Below are positions 57,558 through 64,000 of a stretch of DNA of 64,000 bases, piece by piece. The translations under genes were made by a program, and so were the position numbers. The stretch covers positions 32,001 to 96,000 of the forward strand of contig JAWAQR010000002.1 in assembly GCA_038893835.1 (NCBI GenBank). The letters run 5' to 3'. The notes under the pieces were generated by a model, which was not told where the DNA came from, did not search any database, and was given only the letters and a program-made list of their open reading frames with translations. Position 1 is the first letter of the stretch. Each line of letters opens with the position of its first letter. This DNA comes from Archaeoglobaceae archaeon. Its GTDB lineage: Archaea > Halobacteriota > Archaeoglobi > Archaeoglobales > Archaeoglobaceae.

Positions 57558-58952
57558 AAATGTTGCCAGAGATGCTAGCAATCCAGGAACGACTGGATAC
57601 GTGAAGTAAACTCTGTAGAAGTAGATTTGCCAAATTATACAAACAGCTACGGCTACGATCATCGAAGATATAACTGCACCCTTTCTTATATTCCCAGCAT
57701 AAAGCGTCGCGATTAGCGGAATTAAAAAGGCAGAAGTTATGACGGAAAAGCTTACTCCAACTATTTCAACTATGATTCCCGGTGGGCTAATCGCAAAAGC
57801 TACTGGAATTAAGGCAAAAACTACTACAGCCAACCTAGTTAGCTTTAGTGCCTTTGAGTCATCTATTCTTCTCAAGTTTTGAAGTAAATCTCTGACTAGA
57901 GCAGTTGCGGAAACGTGGACCAAGGAATTTATCGTCGACATTGCAGCAGCGATTATGGCTGTTAGAAGTAACGCGTTTACCCCTAATGGGAGCATCTTCA
58001 TCGCCATGTAAGGCACAACTTTGTCCGCATCTTTTAAAAATGTGGAGATTTCCTCCTTAGGTATAACAAGCCAGCCAAATGGGCCTATGCTAAATACGCA
58101 GATTGCAAATATTCCAACAATTGCAGGTGTTAGGATCATGCCATATGCAAGAACTCGCTGATCTTTTGCGGCCACAAATCTTATCACCAACTGTGGACTT
58201 GAGAGCTGGGCAATGCTTATGGCAAATGTTAGGCTGAGGACAAAGGGGATGATCATACCAGCATTCATTACTGGTGTTGGACCCATTTTTCCAATTTCAA
58301 AGACTTCAGGCTTTACAACCCTAAGCTTTGCTATCGCTTCAAGTCCACCAAAGGAGTAAAGAATAGAAAGGAAAAGGACTATGGCTCCTATGAACATAAT
58401 AGCTCCCTGGATTATATCAGTGGTCACAACGGCTCTAAAACCACCTATGGCCGTATAAATCGTCACTATAATTGCAGTTATCAGTAAAGCATCGAGATAA
58501 CTTATGGACAACATCGTCTGAAGAAGAATTCCTGCCCCTTTGTAAATCGAAACCATGTAGAATTCAAAGAAGAAAAGTATTACAAGAGCACAGATTATCT
58601 GAACGTCTTTTCCAAACTTTCTACCAAAGATTTCCGGAATTGTCATCGCTCCCTGTTCATCGGCGATTCTCTTCAATGGGGGTGCTATTAAGAGCCATGC
58701 GAGAATTGCAAATAGAATGTGGAAGAAGATTAAAAAAGCGGACCATTGAAAGCCTAAAATGAATCCCGTTCCTCCGCCACCGAGGAAGGCTGCAGTGCTG
58801 AAATATGTTGCAAAGAAAGAAAAGCTAACGGCTAATGGACCAAGTTTTTTTCCGGCGATGTAAAATTCCGGAAGGTTTCTAGTCCTTCGATACTCGTAAA
58901 TACCAATGAGAACCATTAAAATCAAATATGCAACAAAAGTTTCGAGGATCAT
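57534..58952 (-). CDS. Sodium:solute symporter (SSS family)
   Basis: About 13 TM helices; YTAIGGFRAVVTTD, AAAMST. Confidence 0.93.
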   Translation of the reverse strand: MILETFVAYLILMVLIGIYEYRRTRNLPEFYIAGKKLGPLAVSFSFFATYFSTAAFLGGGGTGFILGFQWSAFLIFFHILFAILAWLLIAPPLKRIADEQGAMTIPEIFGRKFGKDVQIICALVILFFFEFYMVSIYKGAGILLQTMLSISYLDALLITAIIVTIYTAIGGFRAVVTTDIIQGAIMFIGAIVLFLSILYSFGGLEAIAKLRVVKPEVFEIGKMGPTPVMNAGMIIPFVLSLTFAISIAQLSSPQLVIRFVAAKDQRVLAYGMILTPAIVGIFAICVFSIGPFGWLVIPKEEISTFLKDADKVVPYMAMKMLPLGVNALLLTAIIAAAMSTINSLVHVSATALVRDLLQNLRRIDDSKALKLTRLAVVVFALIPVAFAISPPGIIVEIVGVSFSVITSAFLIPLIATLYAGNIRKGAVISSMIVAVAVCIIWQIYFYRVYFTYPVVPGLLASLATFLIFNLKK

Positions 58953-59035
58953 AGCTTTCTCGCCTTTCTAAATGCCACTATTGTACCAACAAAAATCAAA
59001 AATATCGAAGTTCCGTAAACGAGTTCCAATATCAT
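58949..59035 (-). CDS. 28-aa single-TM protein, probable small partner of the SSS transporter
   Basis: MILELVYGTSIFLIFVGTIVAFRKARKL; ATGA overlaps with both neighbours. Confidence 0.75.
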   Translation of the reverse strand: MILELVYGTSIFLIFVGTIVAFRKARKL

Positions 59036-60237
59036 ATTCTTATCAACCTCCTAGCCTTACCTTCAAACCTTTCAAGCTGACCTTTTGAAACGGAAATAAG
59101 TTCAGGATTTATTCCTATGAATTCTCTTATATCCCTAGCAATACGTGGGAGCAATGAGGGATCTCCTTCAAAGAAAATTTTGACTTCAGAACCAACTTCG
59201 ATCTTATACTGAGTGATCCCGTATCTTGCAAGGATGCTTTCGACATCACTCGGATAGAACTTCACCCCACTATGAATTATCATATCATCTGTCCTTCCCT
59301 TGATTCTTTTCAGCGTTATGTGCTCTATTCCACATTCGCACCGCTCTTTTGAAACGATTTCTGACACTTCTCCACTTCTATATCTTATCAACGGCATAGC
59401 TTCCCTGTTTATCGCAGTATAAACGATTTCTCCCTCCTCGCCCTCTTCAAGCACTTCTCCAGTCTCAGGATCGACGACTTCGATTATGTAATTATCCTCC
59501 CACATGTGCAATCCTTTACGAAGAGGACACTCAAAGCCAACAGTTCCAACTCCCCCCATCTCAGTTAAGCCAGGAATGTCGAAAGTTACGGCTTCAAAAG
59601 TTTCCTCGATTCTCTTTCGCATCTCATCGCTCCATGGCTCTGCTCCTAAGAGCATTTTTTCAATTGGCAACTCTGAAGGCTTATAGCCAAGTTCCTCCGC
59701 AACTTCAGCAATTCTTAAAGGATAACTTGCGGTAGCACAGAGTACGGTTGTGCCAAAATCGAGCATGAAGCGAATCTGATTCCTAGTGTTACCAGGACCT
59801 ATTGGAATTACAAAGGCGTTGATCGCATCTGCTGCAAAGTGAAAGCCAAAACCACCATTCCACAATCCAAAAGCAGGAGTTATTTGTATGACGTCTTTTG
59901 AGGTTATTCCGGCAATTTGAAAGGCTCTCAGCATCATCTCTCTCCATTGATAAACGTCTTTCCTCGTATAAGGAACTATCACCGGCTGTCCAGTAGTGCC
60001 ACCACTCATCTGGATGCGAACGATTCTTTCCTTGGGCACGCAACTCATCTTCAATGGATATGCGTTGCGCAAATCCTGTTTAGTTGTGAATGGGAGCTTT
60101 GATAAGTTATCTGGTGTTATTCTATCGATGTTTATACCCTCAAATTTTCTTCTATAAAATTCACAATTCTGATAGACGTATCTCAACGTGTACCTTAGCC
60201 TTTTTCGCTTTATTTCCTCAATTTCCTCCCTTTTCAT
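59032..60237 (-). CDS. paaK: Phenylacetate-CoA ligase family protein (paralog 3, divergent)
   Basis: QMSGGTTGQP, GAEPW, PGLTE, RYRSGE, GRTDDM; start placed at the ATG at 60237. Confidence 0.88.
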   Translation of the reverse strand: MKREEIEEIKRKRLRYTLRYVYQNCEFYRRKFEGINIDRITPDNLSKLPFTTKQDLRNAYPLKMSCVPKERIVRIQMSGGTTGQPVIVPYTRKDVYQWREMMLRAFQIAGITSKDVIQITPAFGLWNGGFGFHFAADAINAFVIPIGPGNTRNQIRFMLDFGTTVLCATASYPLRIAEVAEELGYKPSELPIEKMLLGAEPWSDEMRKRIEETFEAVTFDIPGLTEMGGVGTVGFECPLRKGLHMWEDNYIIEVVDPETGEVLEEGEEGEIVYTAINREAMPLIRYRSGEVSEIVSKERCECGIEHITLKRIKGRTDDMIIHSGVKFYPSDVESILARYGITQYKIEVGSEVKIFFEGDPSLLPRIARDIREFIGINPELISVSKGQLERFEGKARRLIRI

Positions 60238-60371
60238 GTAAATTCCATCACTCACGTAGAAAAAGTATATGCTCACTATATAAGCTTTTACCTTTTTATG
60301 TGGCCTATGACTCAATGTGTAACATGATTTTTGTGCAAAGGATCTTATACATGTTCAGCAAGTCCATCATA

Positions 60372-61823
60372 ATGCTATGGACCGAAAAATATCGTCCCGA
60401 AAATCTAAATGAAGTTGTGGCTGATAAAGAGATAATTGCAAAGGTATTAGATTGGGCAAAAAGATGGCAAAAAGAAAGCTGGAAACCACTTTTACTGGCA
60501 GGTCCACCAGGAGTCGGTAAAACATCTCTAGCACTCGCTCTTGCCAATACCATGAAATGGGAAACTGTAGAGCTAAATGCAAGCGATCAGAGAAATTGGG
60601 AAGTAATAGATAAAATAATAGGTGAGGGTGCATTTAGTGAAACTATAAGCGATGAAGGTGAATTCCTTTCTTCAAGCGGAGGAAGGTTGAAGCTGATAAT
60701 ACTTGATGAAGTAGACAACATCCATAAGAAAGAGGATGTCGGCGGAGAAGCGGCTTTGATCAGGATAATTAAAAAGAAGCCAAGACAGCCAATAATTCTC
60801 ATAGCCAACGACCCATACGAGCTTTCCCAAGAACTTAGATCTCTCTGCGAATTTATTGAGTTTCGGAGAGTTCCAAAAACGCAGATTGTGAAACTTTTAC
60901 AAAAAATATGCTTAAAGGAGGGAATAGAGTGTGAAAAAGAAGTTCTAGAAAAGATTGCAGAAAATGCAGGGGGTGATTTGAGGGCTGCAATAAACGATCT
61001 GCAAGCAATTGCGGAAGGGAAAAAAAAGATAACGCTCGAAGACTTTGTAATTGGAAAAAGAACTCAGGAAATAGATATTTTCAAACTACTTCAGAGAATA
61101 TTCAAAACAAACTACTCCGCTTATTCCGACGCCATGCTGCTTGACGAGGCACCGGAAGATTTAATACAATGGATAGAAGAGAATCTTCCACTTGAATATC
61201 AGAAGATGGATTTGGTTAGGGGGTACATGGTTTTATCCAGGGCCGATATTTTCCTAGGAAGAGTTCGAAGAAGGCAGGCTTACAGGCTTTGGAAATATGC
61301 GACATTCCTGATGACAGATGGTATTCAAAAAATAAGAGAGGAGAAGAGGGCTGGATTCACACACTACAGGCGTCCACAAACGTGGCAGTATCTCTTCCAA
61401 ACGAAAAAGAGTAGAGAGATAAGGGACAACGTTTTAAAAAAGATCTCCAACTACTCTCATCTCTCAACTAGGAAAGCGAAAAACGAGATGCTTCCAACGA
61501 TTGCATTTTTACTCCAAAATCTAGACATTGAAAGGAGTGCAAAAATTGCCGCTTTTTACGATTTCAGCAAAGAAGATTTGAACTTCTTGGTTGGTGAAAA
61601 CAGGGCAAAAGAGATCATGGATTTCATAGAGAAAAATAGAATTCATAGAGTCGATGAGACCTGGATTTCAGCCAAAGCTTTAACCACTGAAAGTGAGAGA
61701 GAAGTTGAGGAAGAAAGAATAGAGGAAAAGGATGTAAAGAAGACTGAAGAAGCTGGCAAAAAGAGGGGGAGAAAGAAAAAAGAAGTGGAGACAAAAAGTT
61801 TAACTCTCGAGGACTTCTTCTAA
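60372..61823 (+). CDS. rfcL: Replication factor C large subunit
   Basis: WTEKYRP, GPPGVGKT, ELNASD.R, LDEVD, GDLRAAINDL, C-terminal PIP-like TLEDFF. Confidence 0.97.
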   Translation: MLWTEKYRPENLNEVVADKEIIAKVLDWAKRWQKESWKPLLLAGPPGVGKTSLALALANTMKWETVELNASDQRNWEVIDKIIGEGAFSETISDEGEFLSSSGGRLKLIILDEVDNIHKKEDVGGEAALIRIIKKKPRQPIILIANDPYELSQELRSLCEFIEFRRVPKTQIVKLLQKICLKEGIECEKEVLEKIAENAGGDLRAAINDLQAIAEGKKKITLEDFVIGKRTQEIDIFKLLQRIFKTNYSAYSDAMLLDEAPEDLIQWIEENLPLEYQKMDLVRGYMVLSRADIFLGRVRRRQAYRLWKYATFLMTDGIQKIREEKRAGFTHYRRPQTWQYLFQTKKSREIRDNVLKKISNYSHLSTRKAKNEMLPTIAFLLQNLDIERSAKIAAFYDFSKEDLNFLVGENRAKEIMDFIEKNRIHRVDETWISAKALTTESEREVEEERIEEKDVKKTEEAGKKRGRKKKEVETKSLTLEDFF

Positions 61824-61825
61824 TC

Positions 61826-62077
61826 ATGGTGTTCGAACTCGAAGAATTGCTTATAGAGAAGAGAACGCTGGAGGAAAAGATAGTTGAAGAGATAGCTAAA
61901 AAGACTGGAAAAAGCATTCAAGAAGTATTTTCAATGATAAGCGAAAGACAGGAGAGAATGGAAAACCTCGTCAGCTTCGAGATTGTTGCCCTTATAGTGG
62001 CGAAAGAAGTTGGTTTAAACATCTCTGAATACCTTCCCATAGTTGAAAAGAAAGTTTTCGATGAAGTTTCTGACTGA
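61826..62077 (+). CDS. DUF2240-like small protein
   Basis: EKIVEEIAKKTGKS..EV....LVSFEIVALIVAKEVG. Confidence 0.7.
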   Translation: MVFELEELLIEKRTLEEKIVEEIAKKTGKSIQEVFSMISERQERMENLVSFEIVALIVAKEVGLNISEYLPIVEKKVFDEVSD

Positions 62078-62717
62078 CGCAATTGCTGTGGGAAGGAAGG
62101 TTATAATAGCAGACTTGCATTTTGGTTTAGTATCATTTTACGACAGAGAATTACTCGAAAAAGTTGTTAAACTCGCAGAGAAATTTCAAACTATCATAGT
62201 AGCTGGAGATTTCAGGCATCTGGGTAAAAAGAGTCCAGTCAAGGAATTCATTGAAAAGATATCCGAAATTTCGGAATTGCTGATCGTTCGTGGAAACCAC
62301 GATGCTGGTATAAGTGGTTACAAAGCTGTTAAGATTGGAAAGTACAGCGTATTTCATGGTCATTCGATTCCCGGAAACGAGTTCTTTGAATCGAAAAATC
62401 TCATCTTCGCACATGCGCATCCCTCTATTTTCATCCCATCTGAAGTTGGCGGATTTAAGGAGAGGGTTTTTTTGGTTGGAGAAATAGAAGTTATGGGTGA
62501 AAAGAAAAGAGTTGTTGTTCTTCCAGCCTTCAATGAGCTCTGTTCATCAACACCGGTGAATTTAGAGAAACCTGCTGGATTCATGTTCAGGAGATACAAT
62601 TACCATAATTGGGATGCGATTATGCCAGATGGAACTTTTTTAAGCTTACGTAGTATTTTAAAGGCTCAAAAAGGTGTTGAACTTGAAGGGGGTTCTGATC
62701 GCGATAGAGGGTATTGA
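62061..62717 (+). CDS. Metallophosphoesterase (ICC-like)
   Basis: ADLHFG, AGD, RGNHD, FHGH, HAHP, LPAFN. Confidence 0.9.
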   Translation: MKFLTDAIAVGRKVIIADLHFGLVSFYDRELLEKVVKLAEKFQTIIVAGDFRHLGKKSPVKEFIEKISEISELLIVRGNHDAGISGYKAVKIGKYSVFHGHSIPGNEFFESKNLIFAHAHPSIFIPSEVGGFKERVFLVGEIEVMGEKKRVVVLPAFNELCSSTPVNLEKPAGFMFRRYNYHNWDAIMPDGTFLSLRSILKAQKGVELEGGSDRDRGY

Positions 62718-63300
62718 TGGAGCTGGTAAAACTACTATTGCAACCCATCTTCTAAAATTCCTTCAGGACAAGGGATATGAATGCGTTGTCTTCAAAGAGC
62801 CGTCGAACAGCGTATATGGAGAAATTCTGAGGAGTTTAAAGGAGAACTTGGATCCAGAAGAGGAACTAAAACTCTTCCTGCTCGACAGAAAAGTGGATGT
62901 GGAGGAGAGAATTAAACCAGCTCTCGAAAAGGGGAAAATTGTAATAATGGACAGGTATTACTATTCGAACATAGCTTATCAGTCTGCAAGGGGAATAAAT
63001 GCGGAAGAAATAAGAAAGATGAACGAAGAGATTGCGCCAAAACCTGATCTCGTAATACTTCTAGATTTAAGCCCAGAAAAGGCGATGGAGAGAATAAAGA
63101 GCAGAGGAAGGTCTACGGTTTTTGAGAGAAAGGAATATCTGGAGAAGGTAAGAAAGAAGTTTCTCGAGATTTCAGATGATAGGACTCTGATCGTGAATGC
63201 CGAAAGAGATCTTGAAGTTGTAAAGAGAGAAGTTGAGAGTGCAGTCATGAAATTGCTTGAAGAGAAGAGTAAAAAAAGATGTTTTGATCGATCTTTTTAA
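62674..63300 (+). CDS. tmk: Thymidylate kinase
   Basis: IEGIDGAGKTT, KEP, DRYYYS..AYQ, PDLVILLD. Confidence 0.96.
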   Translation: MLNLKGVLIAIEGIDGAGKTTIATHLLKFLQDKGYECVVFKEPSNSVYGEILRSLKENLDPEEELKLFLLDRKVDVEERIKPALEKGKIVIMDRYYYSNIAYQSARGINAEEIRKMNEEIAPKPDLVILLDLSPEKAMERIKSRGRSTVFERKEYLEKVRKKFLEISDDRTLIVNAERDLEVVKREVESAVMKLLEEKSKKRCFDRSF

Positions 63301-63354
63301 GAAGTTTTGAACAAGCATCAAAACCTCTTTCAGAACTGATTTAAAGAACAAAAA

Positions 63355-63428
63355 CGGGCTCGGCGGGATTTGAACCCGCGACCGACGGGTTAAAAGCCCG
63401 TCGCTCTACCTGGCTGAGCTACGAGCCC
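63355..63428 (-). tRNA. tRNA-Lys(TTT)
   Basis: Reverse complement GGGCTCG...ACGGG-CT-TTT-AA-CCCGT...GGTTCAAATCC...CGAGCCCG. Confidence 0.96.
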
Positions 63429-63557
63429 TCAAGATAACAAAGGGTGAAGATTTAAATTCTTTTCGAGTCATTTAGATTGCCCTACCTTAGCTTAGCAAAA
63501 TGAATGCTCAAAAAGCTTGAACTGTAAAGCTTTTACGCCATGCAAAAAAGGGATTTC

Positions 63558-64000
63558 ATGCAGAGGATAACTGATGAGGAGATCAGGAAGAATTTGGAGA
63601 AAGTTGATTTCAAAATAGCCGTGATGAGCGGTAAAGGTGGGGTTGGAAAATCGACGATTTCAGCCTTACTTGCCCTGCATTACGTGAAAAAGGGAGGAAA
63701 AAAAGTGGGTATATTCGATGCAGATTTCCTAGGTCCAAGCATTCCAAAACTTTTTTCACTCGAAAAGGAAAGATTGGCTTTTGTAGGCGGAAAAATAGAA
63801 CCAGTTTTAACGACGAGATACGGTATAAAGGTAATATCAATCCAGTTTCTTCTCCCTTCTCCAGACACTCCAGTAATATGGAGGGGTCCGTTGATAACTG
63901 GGATGATAAGGGAACTGATCGGAAGGGCAAACTGGGACGAGCTCGACTACCTCATCATCGACTTACCTCCTGGAACTGGGGACGCGCCACTAACAATTCT
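63558..64000 (+). CDS. mrp: Mrp/NBP35 iron-sulfur cluster carrier ATPase (3' truncated by window)
   Basis: MQRITDEEI...IAVMSGKGGVGKST...DADFLGPSIP...PVIWRGP...LDYLIIDLPPGTGD; alternative in-frame ATG at 63540. Confidence 0.95.
   Translation, partial: MQRITDEEIRKNLEKVDFKIAVMSGKGGVGKSTISALLALHYVKKGGKKVGIFDADFLGPSIPKLFSLEKERLAFVGGKIEPVLTTRYGIKVISIQFLLPSPDTPVIWRGPLITGMIRELIGRANWDELDYLIIDLPPGTGDAPLTI

Noticed and set aside
60090-60371. 94-aa N-terminal extension of RfcL and extension of paaK3 to 60315
   Set aside because: The extensions overlap each other on opposite strands; homology starts at MLWTEKYRP (60372) and MKREE (60237), leaving a divergent promoter region
1260-63930. Numerous 60-230 aa ORFs antisense to or nested in real genes (e.g. 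4948-5475, 18505-18984, 20947-21480, 51420-52109, 55033-55473, 63610-63930)
   Set aside because: Ser/Phe/Ile-rich shadow translations of purine-rich coding strands with no recognisable motifs
1-64000. CRISPR array, integrase, transposase or prophage
   Set aside because: No regularly spaced repeats, no recombinase or transposase motifs and no duplicated tRNA 3' ends were seen by eye

Overview
Gene-dense, AT-rich chromosomal segment of a thermophilic euryarchaeon, most likely Archaeoglobales. Evidence: Nop5/fibrillarin, Alba and Mrp resemble the Archaeoglobus fulgidus proteins as I recall them, and methanopterin (mptG) and methanofuran (mfnB) biosynthesis genes, archaeal AroA'/AroK and type II GAPDH are present. 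Mostly housekeeping: ftsZ-secE-spt5-rpl11, nadE, serA, nop5-flpA, feoAB, ferritin, mcm, cgi121, pyrD, xth, rtcA, dys, gap, gltX, alba, rfcL, tmk, three paaK-type CoA ligases and seven tRNAs, including tRNA-Trp with a box C/D guide intron. No CRISPR array, integrase or transposase was seen. The best candidate for an undescribed system lies at 3.1-8.7 kb: an intact-looking class III PHA synthase pair (phaE-phaC) converges on a tight operon containing a Get3d-type ATPase (ArsA fold plus alpha-crystallin domain) and a 63-aa amphipathic protein ending in a small-HSP-like IxI motif. I hypothesise this is a granule-surface protein-targeting module. Other notable items: a perfect 18-bp DtxR-type palindrome on the feoA start; a 91-bp near-identical tract shared by two otherwise diverged paaK paralogs; two small genes missed by the ORF track; and several deletion-riddled relics (encapsulin shell behind an intact Flp cargo domain, Mrp ATPase, BioB-like radical SAM, rubrerythrin-like). 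All family calls come from motif recognition by eye; no database search was run.
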